Below, in pieces: positions 35,570 through 49,200 of a stretch of 64,000 bases of DNA. The position numbers were made by a program, and so were the translations under genes. The stretch's first letter is position 1. The number at the start of each line of letters is the position of its first letter. The notes under the pieces were generated by a model that had not been told where the DNA came from, searched no databases, and saw only the letters and a program-made list of their open reading frames with translations. Origin of the DNA: Babesia bigemina (taxonomy: Eukaryota); NCBI RefSeq assembly GCF_000981445.1, contig NC_027216.1, positions 992,001 through 1,056,000 on the forward strand. Reading direction: 5' to 3'.

Positions 35570-38500
35570 ATGGATGACGCGCTGAGTATGTTCGACGCCT
35601 TCGCGGCCGCTACCACCAACAAGGTCTCCGACTATGAAAACGAGGGGTTCGCCAAGGCTCCAAAGTTCGTGGATGCTGCCCAGCACCGGCTGGCTGCGCA
35701 GGTCGTCCTGGAGAAGCTTCCCGGTGGCAAGAACTGCACTCACCATAGGCTGAAGCCAGCGAACTATGAGATCCCGGATCAGCCCACGGGGGAGCCTGCG
35801 CGCACGTATCCCTTCACGCTTGACGAGTTCCAGAAGAAGTCCATTGACTGTCTGGAGCGAGGGGAAAGTGTCCTTGTCTGTGCCCACACCTCCGCCGGAA
35901 AGACGGCCGTGGCCGAGTACGCCATTGCAATGGGCCTCCGCGACAAGAGGCGCATCATATACACGAGCCCTATCAAGGCCCTGAGCAACCAGAAGTACCG
36001 GAACTTGTGCGACGAGTTCGTCGACGTCGGGCTGATGACGGGAGACGTGACGCTGAACCCCGACGCCTCCGTCATGGTCATGACCACCGAGATTCTGAGG
36101 TCCATGTTGTACAGAGGCAGCGAAATCGTGCAGGAAATGAAGTGGGTTATTTTCGACGAGGTGCACTACATGCGCGACGCCGAAAGAGGTGTCGTCTGGG
36201 AGGAGACCATCATCCTCATACCCCAAAAGGTGCACCTGGTGTTCCTGTCAGCAACGATACCCAATTCTATCGAGTTCGCCGAGTGGATCTGCAGAATCAA
36301 GAACATGCCGTGCAACGTCATTTCCACGGATTACCGTCCCACTCCTCTGCAGCACTACATATATGCGCCGCAGTCAAACGGGGTCTACCTCGTCGTGGAT
36401 GATTCTGGCAGGTTCAGGCAGGATGCGTTCCTGAAAGCTGTAAGCACGCTGGACTCCGTGGAGGAGGGCAGGCGCAAAAGGGGCCGCAACACGAAGGACA
36501 TCGAGTCGGTCGTTGCCATGTGCCACGAGAAAAAATTCACGCCGGTAATCGTGTTCGCCTTCTCCAAAGCCGAGTGCGAGGCTAATGCGACGGCTATCAG
36601 GACTCTCGACATGACTGACGAGGCGGAGAAGAACCTCATCACCGAAATATACCAAAATGCAATGGCGACCCTTGCCGATGACGACCGGACGTTGCCGCAG
36701 GCGGTATTCATGCTACCGCTGCTCAGGAAGGGGGTGGGCATTCACCACGGAGGGCTGCTGCCGATTATAAAGGAGATCATAGAAATTCTGTTCCAAGAGG
36801 GCCTTATCAAGGTTCTCTTCAGCACTGAAACGTTCTCCATGGGGGTCAACATGCCGGCGAGATGCGTTGTGTTCACCAGTCTCAACAAGTGGGATGGCCA
36901 GACCAACCGGCTCATCACGTCTGGCGAGTACATTCAGATGGCCGGGCGTGCAGGCAGGCGCGGTCTGGATGAGCATGGGCTGGTCATTATCATGATGGAG
37001 AAGGGGATAAAGCCCGAGGAAGCTAAATCCATATTCATGGGAAAGGCCAATAGGTTGGACAGCTCGTTCCACTTGGGCTACAATATGCTGCTGAACCTCA
37101 TCCGCATCGAAAACACCACGCCGGAGTTTCTGATCGAACGGTCGTTCCTGCAGTTCCAGAGGGACACCAACGCAAGAAGCTACCAGAGGGAGCTCTTAGC
37201 CGTGAGGAAGGAAATGGAGGAAAAGAAGGCGTTGCTGAGGCATGAGGACCTGCTGGAACTCACAAACGTCCACGCATTGCGCAAGGAAATAGCCGACAAA
37301 AAGGACGCCGTCGGCCGCCTCGTCTCCAAAGATTTGCGGATGCTGAACTTCCTGAATTTCGGCCGGCTGGTGAAGCTCGAGAATGAGGGCCACGTCTGGG
37401 AATGGGGCATAGTGTTCGCGACGCCCAAGGTCAAGGTAAACAGGAGCACCTACGAAAAGCAGAAGTTCTACATTGTGGACTGTTTGGTTCTGTGCGATCG
37501 TGCAAGCGTCAGCGGGAACAAAAGGGAGGCGCCATTGCCGACGTCAGATGTCGCCGACGGCCTGTTCGTCGTAGTGCCGTTCTCGATAGACTGCGTCAAG
37601 GAAATAAGCCAAATAAGGATGCAGGTGCAGCAGGACTTCAGGGTCAACAGCGAACTTTCCCAAATGCACATGCGAGCGAAATACACACAGCTCCTGGAGT
37701 ACCTGAAGACACTGCCGTCGGTGCCGATGTTGGACCCCGTGGAACACATCAAAATCGACACCCCCGAGATGAAGGGGCTGCTCAGCCAAATCACCGACCT
37801 CGAAAAACGTCTGAGTGGCTGCAAGGTGCTCGCCAGCGGCGACTATGAAACGAAGTACAATCTGTTCATGGACTACGTTAAGAGCCAAACCAAGGAAAGG
37901 GAAGTGCTGCGCCAGATCGAGATGTCCAATCAAATCGTCATGAAGGAGGATTTGCGACACATGAAGGCGGTGCTGAAAGAGCTCAACTATGTTGATGAAA
38001 ACGGCGTCGTCACGATAAAGGGTAACGTCGCGTGCGAAATTAACGCAACAGACGAGCTGGTTGTAGCGGAAATGTTTTTGCGAAACTTTTTCGAAAACAT
38101 GGAGCCCGAGTACATCTGTGCCTCCCTTAGCTGTCTCGTCGTTGACGAAAAGAAGGAGGACAAGCTGCCGAGCGATCTAAAGCTTGTGGAAGCATTCAAG
38201 AAGATTCAGGTGAGTTTGGTGATGTATATGTGAATGATCTAGTGGAGCGTGACATCGGTCTCGCGGGACACGTATTACAACGTGCTCTCATTTGCAGCGT
38301 TGAATCGTAAACGCGTTCACAACAACGTTGGGTTTGCATATGTTCATTGGAATGTTTTTACTTTTGAGTGCGTGCAAGTTGATTGGTATGTGCTAAATGC
38401 GTCAGTATGACGTGACCTGGTTTTTCCCCTAGAACAGGCGACTGTTGTTCACAGTGTTCTCGTCTTATCAGTTATTTCGTTTGTCCACGTGAGTGTTGGA

Positions 38501-38943
38501 GTTTTGCATACCAAACTTTGCTTTTAATGCGCTCGTGGTGTCTGAGCATCATGCTGTTCGTTCGCTTCTCATGATTGGCACAGGAAATAGCTCGTGAAAT
38601 CGCGACAGTAATGGCAGCAAAGCATCTGGATGTGAACGTCGAGGATTTCGTAAAGAAATTCAAGCCGGCTATGATGACGGTGGTCCTCAGGTGGGCGAAG
38701 GGGCACTCGTTCACCGAGGTGATGGCGGAATCGAACCTGTTCGAGGGTTCAGTCATCCGATGCGTGAGGTGGGTTCAGCACCGTCGGGGTTCATAATATC
38801 GGCGCAGGCGTCTGGAGGAGCTGCTGAGGCAGCTGGCATGTACTTCGCGTAACATAGGCAACCTGCAGATGGAGCAGACGTTCGTGACGTGCATCAAGAA
38901 ATTAAAGAAAGGCATCATTTTCACGTCGTCACTATATTTGTAA
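35570..38943 (+). CDS. MTR4: Nuclear exosome RNA helicase MTR4 (Ski2-like); three exons
   Basis: AHTSAGKT, TSPIKALSNQK, DEVH, SAT, QMAGRAGRRG, an arch domain, and DSHCT end FEGSVIRCVRRLEELL...IIFTSSLYL*; intron 38210-38583. Confidence 0.95.
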
Positions 38944-39107
38944 CCTTTTATCACCTTAGACTTGCCCATTGGCCGACCTTCCACCGAATGTGTAGCCGCG
39001 CGGTGCGCGAGATCCAACCCATCGTGGCGCGACAGTAGCGGCAGCCTTCCACGCAGTAACGACGCTGGTATCAAACGGATCACTCTGGTTATATCTAACG
39101 GTTCAAA

Positions 39108-40227
39108 ATGGATGAGATGCGGGCGCAGTGGGAAGCCCTAATGGGCAACCTGGAGAATCCCGCCGACCCCAAGGAAACGAAAAGCTTCGAAGACAAGGAT
39201 GTATGCAAGATGTACCTGGTCGGACTGTGTCCGCACGACCTTTTCGAGAACACGGTAGGCGCCTGTCTGCCGATACTAACGCCCTGCAGAAGCATTACAT
39301 CGGTCCGTGCGCGCTGCTCCACTGTGACGAGCTGCGAGCGAAGTAAGCACATCCTGTTGCTATCCATCACGCGACGCAGGTACCTGGAGCAGAGGAAGAC
39401 GCGCTACTACAATTATGAGGCCGAGACCCTGCGATTCATCATACCGCTCATCGAGGATTGCGATCGTCGAGTGCAGAGGGGACGCGTGAGGGTAAATCTA
39501 TCGCCCCGTAGCATATCAGTGTATTCAGGCCGAGGATGACGTCGCCTGTAAGCAAACGACGCTCGACGATGCAACCATCGCGGAAGCCAAGCGCATCGAT
39601 GCGGAGATTGAAAAGAAAATGAAAATCGTAAGCTGACAACCTTTACATGATTACGTTGTGTTGTCACAGTATTTGCACGTTAACAATGGTGTAGGCTAAC
39701 GAGCTGGGGGAGAAGGGAGAGGTCGAAGAATCCTTCAAGCTGCTGGAGGAGGCTGAGCTGCTTAAGAAAAACAAGCTGGAGATGCTCGAAAAGGCGGGAG
39801 AGACTTCTTACCAGTCGCGCATCAAGCCATGCGACATTTGCGGGGCGTTGCTATCAGGTGGGTACCCGACAAAAAAATCTAACCCGCCGCAGCGACCGAC
39901 ACCGACCGCCGCTTAACTGAACACTACAGTGGTAAAATTCACGTGAGCTACCAGAAACTGCGCGACATGTCGAAGTTTTTGACGGAGTACATAAAAGAGC
40001 ACAAGCCCGACAGGTATGCGACAACAGCCACCCCGTTCAATTGCCGAAGGAGCAGCCAAAACACGGACCGCAGTTCAAGCCGCTCGTACGGAAACAGGAG
40101 GCCGCCAAATCGTACGCATAGCCGTTCCTCTCGTTCACAAAGCCCTAGCAGCAGTCGCAGCGGCAACAGTGGGAGGGGACGTCGGCACCGCAGCCGGTCC
40201 AGGGACAGGTACAGCAGGAGGCGGTGA
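39108..40227 (+). CDS. LUC7: LUC7-like U1 snRNP protein, multi-exon, with an RS-rich tail
   Basis: MRAQWEALMG, VCKMYLVGLCPHDLFENT, second zinc finger CDICGALL...TDRRLTEHYSGKIH, RSRSRDR tail. Confidence 0.9.
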
Positions 40228-40424
40228 CGGGCTAGGGTCCCCAGCTGGTACCAACAGTTCCAATCTCATTATAACTTCATACTTGGATGGTTGGCGCGAA
40301 ATCGGACAAGCTGTAATCGCGGGAACTTCTTGCGTCGGCGCCGGTGCATTACGACACCACCGCTGCTGTGCGGCGGCGACGGTCGCAGGCGCAAAAGACT
40401 GACCCATCAGATCGCGATGCCGGT

Positions 40425-40904
40425 ATGCGTCGTCAGGTGCTCGTGACTGTGGGCACCACCTGTTTCGACGGGCTCATCGAGGCCGTAGACAACGTCGAGA
40501 CGCAGCTAGAGCTGAAGCGACTTGGATACACCCACATCTACTACCAAATAGGGCGCTCGTCGAGGGTTATACAACAGAATATTTTGGTAACGCGGTCAGT
40601 GAGGTTTGAAGAGGATTTTGTTGAGCGTTTGCGGGAAAGCGAGCTCGTTATTTCACACATGGGAGCGGGCACTATCATTGACATCTTCCGCTTGAAAAAG
40701 AAGGCCATTTTCGTCCCAAACAACAATGTGGCTGACAACCACCAGATGCAACTGTTCGGCGTGATGGACGGGCGCCATGTGGCCGCACTGGACACTCTGC
40801 GGAGTAGGCTGTCCACGGCAACAGAAACGCCGGGCGACTTCTTCGGCAGGCTGCTACCAGCAGTACCGCTGAATGAGGTCGTCGAGCGTACCATGTCGCT
40901 GTAA
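40425..40904 (+). CDS. ALG13: UDP-GlcNAc transferase catalytic subunit ALG13 (GT28 C-terminal)
   Basis: VLVTVGTTCFDGLI, YQIG, VISHMGAGT and VPNNNVADNHQMQL motifs. Confidence 0.88.
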   Translation: MRRQVLVTVGTTCFDGLIEAVDNVETQLELKRLGYTHIYYQIGRSSRVIQQNILVTRSVRFEEDFVERLRESELVISHMGAGTIIDIFRLKKKAIFVPNNNVADNHQMQLFGVMDGRHVAALDTLRSRLSTATETPGDFFGRLLPAVPLNEVVERTMSL

Positions 40905-41113
40905 AATTTGTTGCAGCAGTTGCCGGTGCCCACGCGTGGGCAGGCACAGCAGTGTTAGCGTAGTAGTCCAGTGAAAAAACACGGCCGAGCCACTAATGAA
41001 ATCGATACAATTGGCAATCTAAAGCAGCATAATACATAAGAATTTAACAACATGTATAGCCAGCCCGTCGACAGAAGCCGCATCACAGGGTTTATGGGCT
41101 ACACTAGTTGCCG

Positions 41114-42571
41114 TCACGCCTCATTCTTTTTGACCCTCGCCTTTTCGAGTGCGTCTAACAGTCGCTTGGATACGTCTTGAGTTTCGGGAGCTTGAATGCG
41201 GTATCGTCTCGCGGTTTCCTGCATGTACCGGCCCAGCGTCACCAACGCGCGGGCACGCTCCAGACGCTGCTCTACAGAGACATCGCAATCCTTGCAGCAC
41301 TTTGTGGCGGCGGATCGCACGGTGTTCTCAACATCATATAACACTATCGAGAGGACGTTTTCCACGATGTTCGTCAGCTGGTCCAGCGCCTCGTGTTGGT
41401 CCTGGCCAGTCTTCATGTCCTTCACCAGCATCGCCACGTTCACCACGGACTTGGCCATGCTCCAGGTGTTGCCCAGGGTGCGGCCGGCCGCCTGCACGTT
41501 CACAACGGTCGTCCCGATGCCCCAAAGTGTAGTGGCATCAGCTACGAAATAGTCACCACAGTTCTCGTACACCCAACCGATAGAGTCCACCAAAGCGTCA
41601 CTGAAGGCACCGGAGCACAACTTATCCAAGTCTTCACGCAATTCCTGGCTTATTTCACCGCCCCTGACTTCGTTGTCCAGCCTCTTAGCCAACTTAACAG
41701 CCAACGACACCTCTCGGTAAGTTTGCTCCACCTCCATTTCGTTGCTCATGTTCTTTGGACGGCTACCGTTGCCGGTGACATGCTTGAGCAGATGCGCAAT
41801 CTTCAGGGTGCCTATATAATCCACCAGGGCCTCCGAACCGTAAAGCAGCATGAAGAAAAGCGATGCGTCCATGGTTGGGAAGTCGTACTCTCCCGTGTTA
41901 CCCTGGCTATCGTAGCGCTGACGCGTGGCGTCGTCGAAGAGTATCTGATACGCCTCTCCGATCTCCTGGAACTTTCGTTTTGCATCCTCATCGTTCGGGT
42001 TTTTGTCGGGGTGGTATTTGAGCGCAAGCTTGTAGTACGCCTGCTTGATCTTAGACTTGGACGCAGTGCACTCCACGCCCAAACGATCGTACATGGTCAT
42101 GTCCACCACCGTGGAGCTGGGAGTGTAACCAGCATCCTCTTCACTTGACCCGCTACCGGAAGACGTGTTAGCATTGTCCGTTTGCTGGCACATACGATTC
42201 CTCGTCTCAGTAGTTTCAGCCTCCTCCTTGGAGAGCGAATAGTAGGTATCGCGCTCCCCCCACTGCAGCATATTGGCAAGCTGCGCCGTGTTGTTGACAA
42301 CCATGTCCACAAATCCGCTGCCGAACCAACTGGATTCCTCATCGTGCTTGCGATTGGATGAACTGTCCTCCAACGGCCTTGGGAAGCTATCGTTAAACAT
42401 TTTGTATAGATTTCTTGCACCGTACATGCGATTAATCCCTCTGGTAGCGAGGCCGGTTCCCCGCTTGGCGGTATCGTTTGCCTGCCCTACGCAACAACCA
42501 GCTTGTTCATCCAACGTCAAACGGTGCCCAGAATCAAATCCGCAGCACCAGTACGCTACGGGGTTGCACAT
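41114..42571 (-). CDS. DnaJ protein with a J domain and a DnaJ-X-like C-terminal domain
   Basis: YDRLGV..IKQAYYKLALKYHPDKNP..FQEIGEAYQIL, followed by SIGWVYEN and DVENTVR..RARAL..LG. Confidence 0.9.
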   Translation of the reverse strand: MCNPVAYWCCGFDSGHRLTLDEQAGCCVGQANDTAKRGTGLATRGINRMYGARNLYKMFNDSFPRPLEDSSSNRKHDEESSWFGSGFVDMVVNNTAQLANMLQWGERDTYYSLSKEEAETTETRNRMCQQTDNANTSSGSGSSEEDAGYTPSSTVVDMTMYDRLGVECTASKSKIKQAYYKLALKYHPDKNPNDEDAKRKFQEIGEAYQILFDDATRQRYDSQGNTGEYDFPTMDASLFFMLLYGSEALVDYIGTLKIAHLLKHVTGNGSRPKNMSNEMEVEQTYREVSLAVKLAKRLDNEVRGGEISQELREDLDKLCSGAFSDALVDSIGWVYENCGDYFVADATTLWGIGTTVVNVQAAGRTLGNTWSMAKSVVNVAMLVKDMKTGQDQHEALDQLTNIVENVLSIVLYDVENTVRSAATKCCKDCDVSVEQRLERARALVTLGRYMQETARRYRIQAPETQDVSKRLLDALEKARVKKNEA

Positions 42572-44451
42572 GTGCCGGCCGATTCCATGGCACCGAATAC
42601 GGGTCGAACGTGTGCAACGCGCCCGAACAGTAAGTTCCGACGGGGTATCTTACGCTTGCGTTGGGCTGTCAAAGTTATCAGCGGGGCGAAACGGCTGCGG
42701 CGATGTGTATGCGTAAGGAGCAAGGACACCCTTTAAAGACCGGGATACCATACAAATAGAGCCCTGCGTCTGGCAGGCACTCGCTGCGTTATACTAGTAA
42801 TGCCCCAAAACTACTATTTGTAGCGGTACGTCGGTTGGCTTTAACAAAGCGCAACACACTCGCACATCTACACACCAGCACGGCTCTAGCACGAGGCGTG
42901 ACCGTTATGCCGAGTACAAGTTAACCAGCTGGCGGCAACCAAAATTAGCCGTGAGATTATGTTAATACGTTGCGGCAGCTGGGAGGGCTGTCGAAGAGGT
43001 GCATTGCGCTTACCGCCGACCAGCGCTTCAAATCTGTCGCAGGCAGAACCACTACTACGCTGTGTCGTCAATCGTGCACATCAATTTTATATTGACGCGT
43101 GTACAAGCGCTGTTCACGATATACAACGCACGATCGTGTAAGCTTCGCAAAATATCAATCGGATAAAAACATCAAAGAGTTTAACAAGGTGACATTTTTG
43201 CCGTCGAAATTCTGTGTTAAATATGAGTTCCGTGACGCAATTCACCACATCGTGTACGCAGAATCGTGAAACAGGGCTAAAACTCTCCGAGCGTTGTGGA
43301 GTGGCCACCTGACACACTACCGTACGACATCAGACGGTAGAGAACGCCTAGTGCAGTTGTATTCTTTCACGTGTCTTGCGTGAATTCAATTTACGTAGTA
43401 GTTCCACAAATAGTCGAGGAGCGAAACAGTTCTCGTACAACACAAGAATGCGGCCCCCGTCATTTCCGTGCCTTGTTCTTCGACGCCGTTAGCGCGTGGA
43501 AGAATAAGGGGCTCAAATGAAAGTTGGTTGCTAACTACCAACTGTTCTGTCGTTTTACGGGAACCTCTTTGGGACAGCACTTGTAACGGGCTTCGCCAAC
43601 TTTAGCTCGGGTCACCTTTTCGCAACGCAATTGAACAGCGTGTCGCGAATATACACGGTTTTACAACACACTGTTTTACGTTGTGGCTATTTAGGTGTCA
43701 TTGCGGTGATTCCTCTGCCTGCCTGAGCACTCAGACCGTTACTATCACGACCATCTGCCACATAACATGAATGATTTCAGCTACTAAATTTTCCTTTTTT
43801 GGTGTCAGGTGCATTTTGCAAAGCGTTGAATAGGAACCTATTGGGCACGTTTCGAGCCATAAATATCGCAGCCGTCGCCAGATATCGCCATATATACAGG
43901 CGTCAACCAGCTGATCTGGGCTGCACAGACAAAAATCATCGGACGTAACGGTGACATTCGCTGCAATCAAAAAACAAGCTCACCAGCATGTAAAAACGTT
44001 TTCCTAACGGCATATTGAGGCGCAATAAGGGTCAGCACTACAGAGAGGGGCAATTTCACATCCCGCAATTGTTTGCTGGGAGGCGAGGAATATTCCTGTT
44101 GGCGTCATACGTGCAGATAACCTGCTAATACGGCGCTCATTTCACGCCCATAAACGTCTGAATGTACATTTTATGGGCCGTAAATGCCTAATGGACACAG
44201 GAAGCAAGCCTTAGGTGCACATAAAAGGAGTCGATACTAGAACCAGTCGCGGAGCCAACTGATGTATAGACTCTCCAGATGAGTTTACTGTAATTTTAGT
44301 CAACCAAGTCGCTATTCATGGTTGACAAAGGCTGCATTTCGCAGGCTATTGCATAGGTTCCGCGACAACTCAAGGCACTGCTGGCGTCGTGAACTCCCGA
44401 AGGCAGCTAGATCGTGTTCGTGCCTTTTAACAGTTTAGTAATATATTCCGA

Positions 44452-46090
44452 ATGGTTATGGATACGTCAAACATTCCCAACTTGGGGGTGGAGACGCAAC
44501 CTGTCGGGACACGCAACGGGGCGGACTATCTTAAAAAAAGAATATCCACCTCTACTTCGAGAGCGATGGCGGAGGACGGTGCTTGGCAGATTCGGTGTAT
44601 CGCAGGGGCGCTTTCTAACTCAAGGGGTGCCTTTCCGGAGAATTTAACCTACGAAATAAACGGTAAGTGTTATCTTACATACCTAACCCTACGTTCGTGA
44701 AAATATCCGCTGAAATCATTTTCGAAACTACACTGCAGTATGAGTTTTCTCTATCTTTTGCGCATATCTAACGGCTTGTTTTCAATGTTGCCTCTCTGCA
44801 TAACGCGGTCGTACTCAATCCGTATCCTACTTATGCCATGAACACCCGCACCCGAATTACAGGGACGCAAACGATATTGGTTCCACGAAATGGCCTATAT
44901 TTAGGATTTCATACGCCTTGTGTTAACGGTGTGGATCTTTTCCGTTGTTTGTTTGGCGCTTCTTGTCGTTCGATGGGTTGCGGGTTGCTGCAAAGGGCAG
45001 CAACATTGCGCTGATACCTTCCATAGTCGTGTGACCGTTTACTTGCTCATATTAAATGCGGATCTAATGCGGAAAACGCTGAATCTGATCTGCGGAAGAG
45101 AAAATTACGTGTTCCTTACATACATCGTGTCGGCCATCTGATGCGTATTTGTTGACGCAGGAAAGCGCGGTAGCTCAGCAGCAAGTATATGTCTAATGAT
45201 GCACACGTGTGCTGTTACCAGCTGTTAATGTGTGTTCAGGTGGCGTGCTCATATGGATCGCCCGTGGTTACCAGTCCGAGCTAAAAGTCAGGTGCAAGAA
45301 CGCCCTGGAAGTTGTGGACGGTTTCTACTACGCGGAATACTTCCTAGATACCAGTAAAATACTCGACGAGCATGGCGAATTCCAAGCGTCGCTGACAGTT
45401 GAGGCGAGCGAGCCGGAGTACGAACCGAAGGCTATGGTGTCACAGCAAACCATCGTAGAAACGGTCATGCGCATGAAAAGACAGAGGCAAATGAGAGCAA
45501 AGCTCAAGGAAAGCGAGGAAGGTACGCCGGAAACTCAGAACGGCGATGCCACGGCTGATGAAAACCACCCCGATGCTTTTGAAGCCTCCAGCGCGGATCC
45601 ATCAAGCGGACAGAATACAACACAGCCAGCGGAGGAACAGGAGTCGAAAACAGCGTGCCCGGCATCTGTGTGTGTGAGGGTTATGAATAACACGCGTAAC
45701 GTGTATGGTAAAACTGTGGAGAACCTGTCGGCTGCGCCGAAGAAGGAGGCGGCAAGGTTCATCAAATCTAACTCCGCTTCGCCGCGAACACGCTCCGACG
45801 TATTCAACACAGCGGTGATAAAACGGGACGTGAGGCTTGTGGATGTAAGCTCAGCGCATAACAAGCGCAAAAAGCACACCAGGATGCTGGAGAATCCTAC
45901 CAGCAGCAAACCGATTTTCGAACTAGCGGAAACGGAAGGCCAGTCTGGCGACCCTACACATCTTGTAAGCACCCTTGGAGTAGCGGAAGCCAGCAGGAAA
46001 ACCGCTCTTTTGCAGAACTGTTTGGTGTCTATCGCAAAAAACGAGTGTGTTGGGGAGACCTTCGTCAAGGTCAATAAAATCGCGTATTGA
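44452..46090 (+). CDS. Hypothetical multi-exon protein (main exon ~45241-46090)
   Basis: Open 5' segment ending at a GTAAG donor (~44663) and a long charged exon; intermediate exons not resolved. Confidence 0.5.
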
Positions 46091-46202
46091 TTCGCCATTC
46101 TGCAACTGGAAAACCGCATATTAATGTTAGAATTTTCACCGCTAGCCGATGTGTCAAAATGTGGTAACGTTACACACCAGTGTTTGCTGAGCCGCAACCG
46201 AG

Positions 46203-49200
46203 ATGTCGTTTATCATGAAGCGCCATTCGGCGCCATGGAAGGCAGCGATATTTAGGGTTCTGCGCATAGCGTGCCTCAGTTGGAGTCTCACGACGTGCGG
46301 AAATGCCGCCGCCAGTTTAGCTTCCAAGGACAGTCAAACTGGCTTCACAGCGTACGGCGAATCTTGTGCAGGAGCTGGTTGTATATTCGACGAGTCCAGC
46401 GTGGGCGCCGACATACACGAGTTCTGCCTTGTACCGGGGGTGGGGGGCGGTAGAGCTGTACAGCTGGTGCGCCCAACCGATGATCACCTAGGATTGGAAC
46501 TGGTCGAAGAGGGAATGCAACTCTTGCGCTCCATACCGAAACCAATCGCAATAGTGACAGCAATCGGGAGCGTCAAGACGGGGAAGAGCTCGCTACTTAA
46601 TGTGCTCAATGAGCACGTTTTGTGCGCCAAGGGCGACCAGCTGGATGGTTTCCATGTTAGCGATTCCGTCAATGCGACAACACGTGGGATATGGATTTGG
46701 TCGGAACCCATCGAGGTGGAGTCCAGAGTTCTGCAAGAGCATATAGACAAAGGTCTAACGTCAAAATCAAGTGCATTCGATCACCTGGTAACTGTGATGG
46801 ATTCGCTCATGGGAGGAACATTGCGTGCTAAGTTGACGGCAAAAGGCCGTGCTGATTTCTCAAAACGCTCCGTCGATAGAGTGAATGTTGTATTACTGGA
46901 TGTGGAAGGGTTTAACTCCACAGACGGATTCCAGCGATATGACGAGGCCTTGTTCACACTGGCGGCAACCTTGAGCACCGAACTCATATACTTGACTCAC
47001 AAAGTTCTAGATTCCAGGGATCTTTTGGACCTACAGCACATGCTGCAGACCGCAAACTCAACTATAGTCAACATATACAGATCGTTGTCAAATGCACCAA
47101 GCGTGGTTATAGGTGAGGGTAATTATGCGCGCAGCCATCAGGGCGTGTCGGTGATTCAACAGGCAGGCGTCGCGGAAGAAACCGGTTGCGATGCCTGCAA
47201 TATCATAACTAACGTCAGCAGGACGGCGTCGGGTGAGCGGCTTGGTGGTGGATTGCTCGACCTCCAGACGCGCACTACGCTAACCATGTCAGTGCAAGGA
47301 TTCAATTTGCAGCTCCAAGAATCCGCACTGGACTACTTAAACGAAGTTATCAATGTGAAACGATTCGATCTGTCTTATAACGACCAGAGGTCATTTTTAG
47401 CGAACTTGTCTCAAATGAGGGAGCAATTCGTGCGCTTCTTCAAAGCCGACAGTAGGTCGAGGGCTACGGCGTCATCCCCGGATCAGTTGGCGACGGACCT
47501 AATCTCTAGGATGACTTCAGGGTATAAATACGTTATTCCGCATGTTTTCGGGGCAGTCGACGCACTGCTAATGTCAGCTCCATCTAAAAATAATAAAACG
47601 CCAAGGAAATGCGAACTTGCCCGTGGGTATTTGGAGCAGGTGTTAAACTTTAAAATTAGGCTATTCAAGCGATGCCTGATGTCTCCCAAGACACGTGTTT
47701 CGTTCGTGTTGAATGATACGGTCCATATGGCGGGAAATGATTTTGGCGACCTTCTCGATCACCTGGTTAAGACACTGAATGACTCACTAAAGGCTGGATC
47801 TGTGGACTACGAAGGCGACTTCCGTTTGACACGGGCGAACCTGGTGAAGAACGATCTTGTTGATCTGTACGCCCAGGAGCTTGGGGGGTTCACGCGCAAA
47901 CTTCCAATACCGCTTCCCGTCGAGCTGGCCGACTTTAATGAAGTCACAAAAACCAAGTACATCCAGCTCATTGAATTATACGCGAGTTATGACATCACCC
48001 CCGACAATTACCGTGCCTTGAAGGCAGATTTCGAAGGGCGATTGTCAAAGTTAATGGAATACTTCGACCATGAGCTTCACGAAATCACCTTGAAACACTG
48101 CCGGGCCGTTCTACCGGGTGTTAAGAATGCCATAAGTGAGCTCACAGCGCAATTAAAGTTGCCAGTCTTGCCCTCTGTGATAGAGGACCTCGAACGCAAG
48201 AGACTTGAGATACTGGATATCTTCGTACAAGCAGTAGATGCCAATGGAGTTGAATATTCCACAACTGAAGCATCCAAAGCGGTAGCAGTTGAGGTTGTGG
48301 AGTTTATAGACACGCAAATACATGACCTTTATAGGGAAAACGAGTCTGAAATTAATGCTGTATTCCAGGAAGGTACGCGGCGGGCAATCGAGTTTTACGT
48401 GAGCAACTCCGACCGTAATGCTGTGGAAAAGTACCGCGTCAGTAGCACGGATTTCGTTGAAAGCGTTAACGCTTGGATCGGCGGCTCTTATGCAGCCTAC
48501 TACCAAGTTGTCGGCGACTTCAAGGAGATGGACGACATGAACCGAAAGTCACTGGAGTTTCTGGGGAAGCAGCTCTCCCTTCTCGAGAAGGAAAGCATGG
48601 ACCATTGGGATGACGTATGCCGGCACTCTCTGTCGCAAACCATGCATCGATTCAAGAGCACATTCGACGTGCAATTGCAGCAGCTTGTGCCATTTAGACC
48701 TGCACCCAAGCCGATTTTAAGGATCGCCATAGAGTACCTGCGGGCGCGCGGATGGGCAGCAATGGCCGAGTTGCACTGTGGCACATCCCAGGTAGTGCGT
48801 AACACACAACCGATCTTCAACCGCATGGTCGACGAAATCGGCCAGAATGCAGTGAAAAGCAACGATGAATCCGTATTCAGGCACTTCCACAAGGAGTTTA
48901 TGATCATGTACCAAGAGGCCGTGGAACGTGTTGACCACGTCTACCACTTCTACCAGCTTAAAAAGCATATGCACTGGTATGCTAAACGACATGTGTTCGC
49001 ACACATAAAGGTGGTCGATCAGCTTCTACGGCCAAAAAGGGCTGCAGAAGAGCTTAAGAAGAATGTGGACGTCGATGTGCTGGAAAATATTACGGACGCG
49101 AAACTGCTCCGGGAGGCGAAATCATTGCTGCTTATCGGAAGCGCAGATGCATCAAAGACACACGTTATTGACGCCTCTATTTTGCTGGAAGATATAGTTG

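Noticed and set aside
43000..44400. Possible extra gene on the minus strand (ORF 43731-43970 and splice-like sites)
   Set aside because: I could not assemble a convincing model or recognise a motif
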